A stretch of DNA of 64,000 bases, from NCBI GenBank assembly GCA_003427395.1, contig BFEA01000011.1:2494002-2558001 (forward strand), written 5' to 3'. Position numbers and translations under genes: made by a program. Positions within the stretch are counted from its first letter, which is position 1; each line of letters starts with the position of its first letter. Source of the stretch: Chara braunii (taxonomy: Eukaryota; Plantae; Charophyceae). Below the pieces are notes generated by a model that was not told the DNA's origin, did not search any database, and saw nothing but the letters and a program-made list of their open reading frames with translations. Shown piece after piece: positions 24,681 through 36,929 of this stretch.

Positions 24681-27600
24681 GACAGGGGGAAGGGGATTGG
24701 GGCTGAAATAAAGTGGTGTTGTATCTTTCCCCCATCCAATCCTGATATGGGATTGCTTCTTGTTGTCCGGCTCAGGGCGGGGGTAGGATAGTTGAAGTTG
24801 ATTGAAATTGCCCGACCTGCAATTTCAATCAAGAAGGTCGGTGTCATGATGGAAATACGGTTGAGATGGTTGTTAACGTGGTTAGGGTCTCCCCCTCGGA
24901 TGACATGTTTTCATTTGATAAACATAACATAGACAAGTTTTGGTGATGGTCCCCAACTGGAGGTGGGTAGTTTAGGGTTTTGTGCCTTGCTTTGACTTCC
25001 TTGTTTGAGGATCGTTGAAGATGCATTTTGTTAAGACAATACTTCATGAGCTGGAGGTCAATCCTTCCCTTACGCAGGGAAGTAATCAATGCCTCGGCGC
25101 TTTTCTGAGATGTAGGCGCAAACACATAATAGGGAGGCTGGTCCCGAATTTCAGCTTTTACACATCACATCAATGTTATGGCTTCGTATCACGGTAGAAT
25201 GATATTTCCTCATATCACCGAATAGGGATGCTGGACCCGATTTCCACCTGATACACATCATATCTTGTACAGGGACGCTGGACCCGACTTCCAGCAGGTG
25301 CAGCTCCCCACCAATAGATGGAGTCTCCGACGCAGGGGCCTACTCACCGGGGCTGCTCTTATCACCTCGTTAAGTAGGTTTTCCCATATGCGAAGTTAAA
25401 AAAAAAAAAAAAGGAAAAAAACGGAAAAAAAAAAACGTTTAGAGCGCGAAAAAAGTGCCGCACCGATTCGTTGCATTTTCCAGTTTTGCCACTCGACAAC
25501 TTGTGGCCCAACGGAAAAAGAACCCCACTTCTGCGATTTTTTGCGCTCAGAAGAATGAATGAAAAGCTCTGAAAATTGGAGGGTCCAGGAAAAATATGAA
25601 AAAAAAAATAAAACAAAATTGTTTCGACCGGGAAATAAATCCCGGTGGCAATTCGACGCATTTGCCATTTTTGCCACCCAGCCGGTTCTTCCCACGGTGC
25701 TACCGGCAGGCTTCATGAACCTGTCCTACCGGTCCCCCCGAATTTGGGACGGCGAGGGGAGTGGTGGTTTCATGCTGCTCATTCTAGGAGCACACAAGGG
25801 AGCGGGGGAAGGAAATGGGTAGGAGGCAGTGTTCTAGAGGGAGCGAGGGGCACGGGAGGGGGAAAGGCCAGGGGAGGGCGAAAGGTTAGGGAAGGAGGTG
25901 GAGTGGCTCTGTGTGTAAGTGCATGAATGTGTTTGTATGTGTGTGTAAGAGTGGGAGGGAGGGTTGAGTGGTGGTCCCCACAGTAGTGTCCTAACTGCTG
26001 CTTACTGTCCCTATACGTCAAATGCAGCATCCACAAAAGATATAACAGAGAATCCATAATACAGCTGTCGTACCATTCGTCACCTGTCGAGGGATTCTCT
26101 TCGACCAAATGATGACAGAAGCCGCAGAACTATATAACAAGCAATTTACAGTGTTATACAGAGAGAAAAGAACTCCATGAAAGTTCTTAATAGTGGCCAA
26201 CAACACTCTTCGGACAAACCGGTCCGCCTTCTCCTATGCGTACTCCGCATCACCTCTTGAGTACCTCACTTGAGCGAGCTAGGCGAGTTTGGTTGCTAGA
26301 TTTGCTACACTACCCGACCATCTTTGCCCATGTGAAAATCCCAACCCACTTTCATCAAATGCCGCGTTGACATCAACGATGGTCAGCTGCACACGACAAT
26401 GTCAATCTGTGTATCCAATTGCTTTCATGCAAACTATATATCATGTGTAAAAAAGAAAAAGAAAAGAAAAAAAACTATGTATCATGACTGTATCAGGACT
26501 GTAGATGATCCTGTGCAATATCAAACCAAGAAGTTTGGACATGAACTAGTCCGGTCTCCAAATGCTTCGCCTAGCGCTGGCTATGTTGACATAACATGGA
26601 TGGATGATTTAGGAGGAGGGGGGGAGAGGGGGGGAACTACTATATCGCTACTCGTCGACAAATTTATAGCTTGTTGAGGAGATAACAGTGTTGCCTCCTT
26701 GCTCATTCACTTATAAAAGTGTGGTGAGGCTCACTCATGGCCTGGCATGAAAAGCAACGGCAGCCTTCCAAAATATGAGTCACTAATCAACATACTATAC
26801 TGGCACTAGTCCAATCCAAATTTGTAGCACAGACACACTCATGGCATGAAACTCCCCCACAGCCCTCGAGCATCAATGATGTGGCTGAGGCAAGCTCGCA
26901 CATGGCGAGCTGCTAGACCTTTACCACACAAAAAGTCAATCACCATTCTCTCAGTTGGAGAGATGAGGGCCAATAGTCAAGACGCAGAAGCCTCCCTCTG
27001 CACACGCATACTCCAATTGTCATTCTTCTCATTACGTACTGCAGACGGCACACTCTCTTCAAATTCAACAAAACCAGGGACATCCCTCTCACAGGCTGCA
27101 AAACATCGAGCAGTGTGAACTTGTGAATACAACATTTTGAATGTGGGCACAGTTGCATTTTCCATAATCTGCCTTCAGCCCGTTTCCCATCTCTCTCTTG
27201 CTCTCTCTCACACACATCACACACTCNNNNNNNNNNNNNNNNNNNNNNNNNNNNNNNNNNNNNNNNNNNNNNNNNNNNNNNNNNNNNNNNNNNNNNNNNN
27301 NNNNNNNNNNNNNNNNNNNNNNNNNNNNNNNNNNNNNNNNNNNNNNNNNNNNNNNNNNNNNNNNNNNNNNNNNNNNNNNNNNNNNNNNNNNNNNNNNNNN
27401 NNNNNNNNNNNNNNNNNNNNNNNNNNNNNNNNNNNNNNNNNNNNNNNNNNNNNNNNNNNNNNNNNNNNNNNNNNNNNNNNNNNNNNNNNNNNNNNNNNNN
27501 NNNNNNNNNNNNNNNNNNNNNNNNNNNNNNNNNNNNNNNNNNNNNNNNNNNNNNNNNNNNNNNNNNNNNNNNNNNNNNNNNNNNNNNNNNNNNNNNNNNN

Positions 27601-27979
27601 NNNNNNNNNNNNNNNNNNNNNNNNNNNNNNNNNNNNNNNNNNNNNNNNNNNNNNNNNNNNNNNNNNNNNNNNNNNNNNNNNNNNNNNNNNNNNNNNNNNN
27701 NNNNNNNNNNNNNNNNNNNNNNNNNNNNNNNNNNNNNNNNNNNNNNNNNNNNNNNNNNNNNNNNNNNNNNNNNNNNNNNNNNNNNNNNNNNNNNNNNNNN
27801 NNNNNNNNNNNNNNNNNNNNNNNNNNNNNNNNNNNNNNNNNNNNNNNNNNNNNNNNNNNNNNNNNNNNNNNNNNNNNNNNNNNNNNNNNNNNNNNNNNNN
27901 NNNNNNNNNNNNNNNNNNNNNNNNNNNNNNNNNNNNNNNNNNNAAGTCAATATGGAATACATACAAGACTCACGCACGC

Positions 27980-28017
27980 CTGTCTCTTATACACATCTAG
28001 ATGTGTATAAGAGACAG
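27980..28017. other. Nextera mate-pair junction adapter (artefact)
   Basis: Exact CTGTCTCTTATACACATCT-AGATGTGTATAAGAGACAG next to an N gap. Confidence 0.97.
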
Positions 28018-28304
28018 TCGTACAGCCTGCTTTAATCAGACCTCAACAAAACCTATCAAAAATGCAAAATCTACCCGGCCTAATATGGCCTGTTAGTCCT
28101 AACTGAGCTGAAAAACCTGCAAGCAAGCAACCTACGCCCTCCCCCCCTGAAATTGCACTTTTATTAACAGGGCCCAGTGCTCGAGGCAAGTTATATCAAC
28201 AACAATCCCCAAAACCAGGGACAGCCAGGTTGCCCTGCCCCGTCGGGACCTCCTACCCCACTAATGCTTACTTCCAGAGGGAGAACCCTACAGGAAAACC
28301 ACCT

Positions 28305-31300
28305 CCTTTTCTGGTTCTGGCTCCTACCATTCTGGGGAGCGGCAGTCCAGTTCCTTTCCCCCGGCAAGTCAAAAATAGATACATATGAAACTCACACACG
28401 CTCCTCCCCATCATGGCTGGGAGGCCCGAGTAGACGGCATTGATTACTTCCATAAGGAAGGATGTACCATCCCTCACCCCTGCCTAAGTTAGCCTGAGTT
28501 TTTACTCCTTTCACCATCCCTGTACTCCCAGTTGTACTCCTCCTACCGTTTCCTACGTGTTATGCGAAGTCTAGATTGAAAATGCCTACAAATCTCCTGA
28601 AATCTCTGACACCCTAAGCCCTATTTGCCTTGTTTCTGCCTAAACCTTAAACCCTAAACCCTCAGTTGTAATGCTGTCTTGATTCTTAAGTACTACCTTA
28701 ACGAATCTGACGTCCTATTCTTGCTCACGTTGCTCTGTATTCTCAAACCAGTGAAAGACTAATCTTGATCCTTCAATTGTTGCCAAAATAACCCGTCGAT
28801 ACGTTTTAAATGTCTCCCGGGCTTTCTCCGGGTTTTGTTGGGCTTGCCTTCTTGTTCTTCGCCATTGGGCCGTGATATCCGTCTCCAGCAGGTTGTGTAG
28901 AACTTTCTTGGCCTCCAGTCTGTGCATTTGCCCCCTTCCTATCGTCATTTGACATCTTCTTTTCCATATGATCCATAATGTGCATCGTCTCAATAGTTGG
29001 AATCCTCTTTTTTGTCCCGATTGCCATTTTTTTCAAAGTTCCATACCGGTGAGGAGGATCCTCCTGTCTTCCGGAAAGACCTCATGTGACATCTTTCGGC
29101 ACAGTTCCCTGGCTACCTCCCACACGTATACCGCCTCTGGGCATTGTAGCAGACAGTGAAGCAAGGTTTCCGTCTCCTCATCCGTACACAGTTTGCACTT
29201 CTGGTTGATGCGATCCCTTCGATTGTGGCTGCGGCTCTCATACAGCAAACGTTGACCGGAAGCGCCACGTGGAAAATCAGCCATTGTAAACTTTTGACCC
29301 TGCCTAACCGTATAGTATTCAATACTGACCACGGTAGACTAGAGACTTGCGCCTTGGGTACTTCCAACCTCCGTTCCCATCGATTAGCCAGTGATTCTGC
29401 CAGTGGGTGAGACCTCCTTCTGAGCCTGTACCCCAATTTGGTTGTATAGTGAAGTATGTTTATTCTTCTGGCAACACTCGGAAAACCTCCCTTGAGATTC
29501 CATGCCCATTCTGCCGGGTCTACTTCTAAATCCTCTAGAGACGTAGTTGGAGCGTAAATCATATAATTGTCCATCTCCACCACTCTGACCTTATGCACTG
29601 CTTTTTTAAAATTGTAATCGGTGAGATAGATGTCTTATCTAATTGACTGGTAGTGGTCCCTACTTCTTCTATTGATAACATATCAGCCAATAGCCATGCA
29701 TCCCCCGGGCCCGTCTTACCCCTTATCCTGAAAGCAACTTCCGGTTTATACTCGTACAACCACGTGGCCCAGTCACCCTTTTCCCAATTCCCATACTGGT
29801 GGGATGGAGATAAGAACATCATTCAGATTCTCTAGCAATTTGTGGGTACCCTTCATCTCGTTCAAAAGCTCTCTTGCCGTCTTCCATCGCTGTTTGTCGT
29901 CTGACCATAAATGTCTAGCCTGCCAGACTCCATGTTCCACTCATGTTCCCCATTTCGAATCTCTTGCTGTCAGGGTACGCGGCTTCCCTTGATGATCCTT
30001 AATCCAGGGATTGCGGAAAAGTGGTTGATGGAGTACCTCCTCTCTGTTCCTAGGTTCTCTTACTCTTGCTGGAAAAATATCCCCCCAAAGCTTGAGGAGT
30101 TGTGCCCAATAAGAGCCATCCCTCTTCTCAGTTGCCCCAGGTGTCCGTTCACCTTCGCTCGTACTTTTCCTTGCCCAGCCTTTGCTCATCACCCAAAACA
30201 GCCCTGACATGTTGGCCGGTGTTTTGTATTTAGCCAGTCTTCTAATGTGTTCTAATGCGAGGGAAGTCCATGGTAGCTGTGGATGAGTGATAAGCTTCGA
30301 AACCCACTTCGTTTGCAACGCCTTCATCTGCTGTCCCGGGTCTAATATGCCCAATCCCCCTTGCTCTTTTGGCTTGATGACATGCTTCCAGGCTACCTTA
30401 GATATGGCATTCTCCTTACTAGGGTTTGCTGTCCATAAGAAAGCTGCTGATCTTCTTCTTAACTCGCTAATAGACTGATCCGGTGGTGTCCAAATCGAGC
30501 CTACATACCACAACATCGAAAAAATGGAGGCGTTTAGGATTAAGGCTCGCCCAAACAAGGAAGTATAAATTGCTGCCCAAGCACTTAGCTTCGTCAGAAT
30601 TTTTGCTAAAATCTCTAGAGCCATTGATTGGTGAGGCCCTGCTTCCGCTAACCTAATTCCCAAATAACATAGCGGTTCCTCTACTATTGACTACTGCATT
30701 CCCTCCGGGGTATTAACCGGTCTCTACTCTTCTCCTTCTCCATAAAGCAGCCACCATCCTATAGTCTTGGGCCAATTTATTCTCATTTCGGATGCCAGCT
30801 GGAAAGCGAGCATTGCTCTAGTGAGAGCGTCGAAGGATGAGCTCGAGGCACGAATGAGTACTGTCAGATCGTCAGCAAAAAGGAGAGTCGTCGGCAAGTG
30901 GATCAGTCTACCCTGCTGGTCCTGTTCAGCTATCAACCGTTGGATGGAGGGATCCTTTCTGAGAAATGATGCCACTTCTTCCATTATGAACAAAAAGATG
31001 GGGGCTGCTAAGGGGTCCCCCTGTCTGATCGATCTCGACATCCTATAACTCTGCGATAGGTGACCATTCACCTGGACCTGCCTGTGTGCATCATTGTATA
31101 AGACCCGTATCCATTTTCTGAAATTAGGTCCGACCCGCATCCTTTCCATGCACTGCTGGAGGAAACACCAATTCACTTGGTCATATGCCTTCTCAAAGTC
31201 GAAGAACAGTATTGCCGCATTGATTCTCTTATCTTTAATGTAGCGAACTGAGCGTTGTCCAGAATAAACCGGCCTGGGATAAAACCAGACCGATCCAATG

Positions 31301-31898
31301 AAAAACAACCCCTAGTTACCTTACTGAGCCTTTTAGCCAAGGCCTTTGCTACTATCTTGTGCGTGAGTGTCAGCAAGGTAATGGGCCTGTAGTTCTTTAT
31401 ATCTTCAGGATCCCCTTTTTTGTACATCAACGTGACAATCCCTGTGGCCGGATCCCGGCCTGGCCCCTCTACCTGCCAGGCCTTTTCCAGGTATGCCATA
31501 TATTCGCTCCCTAGGATTGGCCAATATTCCAGCCAGAATTCCCTGGTCAACCCATCTTTTCTTGGAGTCTTGTTGGGTGACATTGATTTTAGTGCTTCCC
31601 ACAACTCTTCCTGCGTGACTGGGGCTTCTACCAACATTGCCTGTGCACTAGGTACTGACCTATCTAGGTGGGCTAAGAACTTTGATCTGGCTTCTTGCAC
31701 CTGCTATTGCGAATGGTCCGACTCCCTAGAAGTATATAAAGTGCTATAGAATTGTTGAGCCACTGCAACCATCTCCTCCGGCTTTGATACCTGGCCTTCC
31801 GTTGTTTGAAGTCTTTCTATTGCTGAGCTCCTTCCTTCATACCGAATTTTCTGAAAGAAATATTTAGTCATTCTTTCTCCTTCCTCCCGCTCCTTGAC
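28305..31898 (-). mobile_element. L1/Tx1-like LINE: decayed ORF2 (RT, zf-RVT) plus 3' UTR; 5' part cut off by an LTR
   Basis: NYRPITLL, DFEKAYDQV, IRQGDPLA, LLFADD, CKLC...ETLLHCLLQC; frameshifts; conserved 3' tail. Confidence 0.93.
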
Positions 31899-32634
31899 TG
31901 TTACATGCTGCGCCTGCAACAGGCTGCACAGGCCATTTCCAGGCCCATGACGTTTTCAGGCCAAAAGCCTGAAAACAAGGGCCTACAGGCCCTGTGTCGT
32001 TTCAGGCTAAATCAGGGCCTTTCCGGCCCTGAGTGTTTTCAGCCTGAAACTGAGGGCCATTTCCGGGCCCTCATAAGACCGACCTGCCCTGAAACTCAGG
32101 CACCAGACCAGGGTTTTAGCTCAGGCCATTTCTGGCGTATTTTCAAGACAACCTTTGTTTGAGCTTCAACCCCAGGGTCTGGCACGTTGAGGCATTGGCA
32201 AGAGCAGCCTCCTGGACGGGCCAGCACTATATAGGACTGGCCCGCCCTGCAGGCCGGCAGGTAGTTCCTAGGTACTTCCCAGGCACTTCACGTGCAGTTC
32301 AGGAGGCAGGAGGTAATCTTCAGGATTCGGCAGCAGCACTCTGGAGGAGCACAGCAGTGGTAGTAGTAGCGTTAGCTGTAGTCTTCAGCGCTGGGCGCCA
32401 TAGCAGCTAGAGTAGTACTAGAGAGAGAGAGATTGGGCGGAGGCCAGAGGGACTTACGGTCACTTACCTGCAGTGCCGTTGCTCCAGCTTCGTCTTCGAG
32501 GTACCTGCAGCACAGCGCCATCTTCACAGGTCAGTACCTGGCATATGAGAGAGAGAGAGTTCTTCTTCCTCTTCTCAGTCCACCATCTCCTTCTCACCCT
32601 CTCGCTATCTGACTTCACTGCATCAGCAGACTAC

Positions 32635-32673
<39 letters not shown>

Positions 32674-32693
32674 NNNNNNNNNNNNNNNNNNNN

Positions 32694-32742
<49 letters not shown>

Positions 32743-34149
32743 TGACATTTGGACCCAGACTCGACATTGGACTTCAGACATTTTGAAGAGGGATTATTTG
32801 GGACTTGTAACGAGACTTGGTGTTGACGACTTTCCCATCTCCCCCCTTCCTCTTCTTTGTCTGATCCCCTCCTCTTCGTCTGTGTATGTCTGGACCTGGC
32901 GCCTCCTTTGTATAGCGCCAGGCCCTATCACACCTTGTGATGAGCATGATGTATGTTTGGTCTGCGTTGAAACAGTGAGTGGGCTAGTCCTTAGTATTCT
33001 AGCATTCTGCTTTGCTATCTTGTACTACGTGAAAGAGGTCAGTCCCGGTCAGGTCAGGACTTGTATCTAAATCTTCCACTGCGCTATAACACACCATTTC
33101 ATATCAGCACCCAAGTAGCGGTAGTGTAGGCCCGCGTAGGTTAGGATAGCACTTGAGTAGTGGCAGTGTAGGCCCGCGTAGGTTAGGATAGCACTTGAGT
33201 AGTGGTAGGCTGGCAGAAGAAAGGCAAAACGTTGCTACCTTTTGAGGCCCTGTGAATTTTAGGAGTCCGGTAGGCCTAGGTCAAGGGTACCAGTCCAGAA
33301 GTCTGACGCTAAGGCCTGTAGCGGACGATATCAGACCTGCAATGATGTTTTCCTCCAAAAGGAGGATGGTACCGGTTGCTTAGGAGGCCGTGCGGCCTGG
33401 AAGTCGCTTCCCAATAGGCAAGTTGCCCGCTATATCTCCAGGAAGAGCGACTTCCTCTTCCTCGTTTGCGGTGTGCAAGTTTGGGTGTCATGCTGCTGGA
33501 GCGTTGGGTGGACCAGTGCTAGTTTAGAGCACTCGAAGGAGTGCCTAGCCTTCCACCTCTACGATGGTAGACAGGACCAAGTAGGAGGTGGCGGAAGAAG
33601 GGCGTGAGGAGGAAAGTGTTGGATGTACATACCTGACAATGGTGGACGTCAACTTCACCTCCTTGGTAGGCGCTGCACCTGGAAGGCCCCAGTAGGGGTT
33701 GCACTGCATCAAGAAGGCTTCAGGGCAGAGTCAGGCATGGCGGCCTGAGTGGCAGAGGACATATTTGCTTTTGCGTTGTCTTTTGAACATCGGGGCAGGA
33801 CCCCAGTGGTGGTTGAAGATGAAGGTCGTTGCTATAGTGGACCTCATGTAGCGCTGTCAGTAAGAGTGAGATTCAGAGATTGGTTCTGCTTCAGCCATTC
33901 ATTGTTGTTATTATTATTATTTACTGAAGAATAAGATTGGGGGAGTTGAGGAGGTCGGCGTGAGTGGGGAGAGAAGGGGGATTTGTCATTGGCCTTTTGC
34001 TGGTGTACATCTTCTTCTTCTTTCTTTCTTTCTTTTTTCTTCTTCTTCCTTTGTCTCTTTCTCTTTCCAAGTTCTTTCATTTCTTCTGCAATCGAATGGC
34101 ATTGTCTTTCCTTGTGTATTTGCACTTCAGAATAGCCAGGATCGTAACA
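31899..34149 (+). mobile_element. Composite LTR (TGTTAC...GTAACA) without TSD
   Basis: The first ~1.2 kb is homologous to solo LTR 52365-53671 (inverted). The last ~1 kb is homologous to solo LTR 39148-40527. Confidence 0.75.
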
Positions 34150-34569
34150 GTATAGAAAGCATAAAAAATCAGGATTTTCTGCTGCACACCGTTCCTGAGG
34201 CTATTTCCACTGATCAGTGATTTCCTTTTTATTTTGGCTTTTCTGAAATTCTGACTCTTTTTCATGTTTAACAGTGAAACTCAGCCCATCCTCTAACAAC
34301 ACTCTGCCTCACAACATACAGTGAGGCATAAGAATTGGAACTGATTACTCAAATCGGGGAAAAAAACGAAAACAACCTCATAGCCAAAGGGAGAGAAGAT
34401 GGCAGCCACTGTGTTGCTTCACATGAGCAGTCCTTGGGGTCTTCCCACATCAGTTTCCATGCAATGACAAATCGGCAACTTGAGGAAAACAGAGCCAGAA
34501 ACTACTGCCAAAGAACAATCAACGCCATCTTCATTCACAGTCTCATAAACCATTATATCAATATCAGTG

Positions 34570-34625
<56 letters not shown>

Positions 34626-34640
34626 NNNNNNNNNNNNNNN

Positions 34641-34693
<53 letters not shown>

Positions 34694-34913
34694 GCACATG
34701 TGTGTGTGTGTGTGAGCTGTAAAAACTTCACCACAGCAACACCTTTTCTGTGTGCGTTGTCGGTCTGTTTATGCTGTCATTGCATCGGCATTTAACTGAG
34801 GCTGTTTCCCCAAATTCTGAAAGGGATCTGATGGAAATATTTGCTTTATCGGATGTTTAATAGTTTATCTCGTATTTCTGATTACCTATCTTTACAGCGA
34901 CTTGTATGATTCC

Positions 34914-35195
34914 CTACATCCGTCTGCTCACCAGGAAGTGTGTTGCGAGTATGTGTATGGAAACAAATTCTGACGAATCATCCATAGATAAGGACACCCA
35001 CCAGTTTCGGCTGAGCGAAAATGGCAGATCGGAGCTTGATAAGTCGTCGACAAGGAGCTGAGGATTGGGCGGCATGGCGGCTACCCCTGCGTCCCCAGCA
35101 ACCCGACATAATGCTTCCGCATCTCTCAGCGTCGACTCCAGGTCAATTCGCCCACTCAACTCGTTGATGAACTTTAATAGAGTGTCAAATTCCAT
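34914..35195 (-). CDS. TBC-domain Rab GAP, last coding exon
   Basis: MEFDTLLKFINELSGRIDLESTLRDAEALC... after a ttctgcag acceptor. Matches the C-terminus of plant TBC1D15-like proteins. Stop at 34914. Confidence 0.92.
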   Translation of the reverse strand: MEFDTLLKFINELSGRIDLESTLRDAEALCRVAGDAGVAAMPPNPQLLVDDLSSSDLPFSLSRNWWVSLSMDDSSEFVSIHILATHFLVSRRM

Positions 35196-36891
35196 CTGCA
35201 GAACACAATGGACAGAACATTACCAAGTAGGCTCTTGTGAAATCAGAGCAGGGTGCTCCATTACAAACATTCAGAGGCTTGGCCACATATGATCATTCAT
35301 GTCCCCATAGCAAACAAACAGGGACCCATTCCACAGCTAGTCCAGCGACTAAAGATACACAGTACCAAAGATGCAGTCCAAGACCACAGGACCGTGCTTA
35401 CCACCAAAATGAAATGAACATTGCAGAAAACAATCTTCTTTCAAGCACCATCACTCTACCGTCTCTGCTTCCTGAAAGTACAAAAAAGGAAGACTGTGTT
35501 TTCAGCTGTGTTAAACTCCGGACCGTCCGGTGGCCTGGCCTTCGTCTGGCAGGGGTCCCGGGCGGCCCGACCGGTTGGGTCCCCCGGTTTGGGGCCGGGC
35601 GAGCCCAGCGCAATTTTGCGTGGGTTGGGGGGGGAGGCCTTTTTTCGCGCGGGTGGGGGGCCGAGGCCTTTTTCGGCCACTGGTCGCCTCCCCAGGCTCC
35701 AGCAACACCTGGTGGAGTGTTTTTTTTGAATCTGCGAGTACTTTGAAGGGGGGGGGAAAGGTCTTCAAAGATCAGTCAATGACATCAGCCGCCAAGAAAT
35801 CGATTCCCCCTTTGGCAGGCTACGACGTCGCGTTCGAATTCGAACACGGTATTCCCTGTTGCGAAGCCCGTCGTCACTGCCGTCGCAAAGCCGCACGTCG
35901 TCGCTGCCGTCGCGAACCCCGCTCGTCGTTGCTGCCGTCACGAAGCCCGCCCGTGGTCGCTGCTGCTCCTCGTCGAGCTGCCCATTGTTGTCTCCGTCCA
36001 GCTGCCCCGTCGAGAAGCCCTCCCCATCGTCGCTGCCCGTGAAGCTGCTTTTGCCATCGTAGTGAACCCTCCTCCACCTCTTTCCTTCTTCTTCTTCTTC
36101 TTCCTCTCCTCCTCCTCCTCCTTTCGTATTCTTCTTCTCCTCTCCTCCTCCTCCTCCTCCTCCTCCTCCTCCTTTCTTCTTCTTCTCTCCTCTTCTTCTT
36201 TTCTCGTCTTCTTCTTCTCTCCTCTTCCTCCTACTCCTCCTTTCTCCTCCTCCTCCTCCTCCTCCTCCTCCTCCTCCTCCTCCTTTCNNNNNNNNNNNNN
36301 NNNNNNNNNNNNNNNNNNNNNNNNNNNNNNNNNNNNNNNNNNNNNNNNNNNNNNNNNNNNNNNNNNNNNNNNNNNNNNNNNNNNNNNNNNNNNNNNNNNN
36401 NNNNNNNNNNNNNNNNNNNNNNNNNNNNNNNNNNNNNNNNNNNNNNNNNNNNNNNNNNNNNNNNNNNNNNNNNNNNNNNNNNNNNNNNNNNNNNNNNNNN
36501 NNNNNNNNNNNNNNNNNNNNNNNNNNNNNNNNNNNNNNNNNNNNNNNNNNNNNNNNNNNNNNNNNNNNNNNNNNNNNNNNNNNNNNNNNNNNNNNNNNNN
36601 NNNNNNNNNNNNNNNNNNNNNNNNNNNNNNNNNNNNNNNNNNNNNNNNNNNNNNNNNNNNNNNNNNNNNNNNNNNNNNNNNNNNNNNNNNNNNNNNNNNN
36701 NNNNNNNNNNNNNNNNNNNNNNNNNNNNNNNNNNNNNNNNNNNNNNNNNNNNNNNNNNNNNNNNNNNNNNNNNNNNNNNNNNNNNNNCTGAGTCTAGGGC
36801 CTGTACGGGCAATATCAGAGTCTGCAATGATGTTTCCCTCCGAAAGGGAGGAGGTACCGGTTGCTTGGGAGGCCCAGCGGCCGGAAGTCAC

Positions 36892-36929
36892 CTGTCTCTT
36901 ATACACATCTAGATGTGTATAAGAGACAG
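36892..36929. other. Nextera mate-pair junction adapter (artefact)
   Basis: Same exact 38-mer. The preceding ~100 bp duplicate 39598-39703. Confidence 0.97.

Noticed and set aside
26100-27130. Possible decayed exons on the minus strand
   Set aside because: In-frame stops and no recognisable domain; cannot be assigned.
27980-28017. Tn5/IS50 mosaic ends as a horizontally acquired transposon
   Set aside because: It is the exact Nextera mate-pair junction palindrome, at a gap edge, with no transposase.
28315-28372. HDV-like ribozyme in the LINE 3' motif
   Set aside because: Only about 11 nt separate the candidate P1 strands, too short for P2, P3 and L3.
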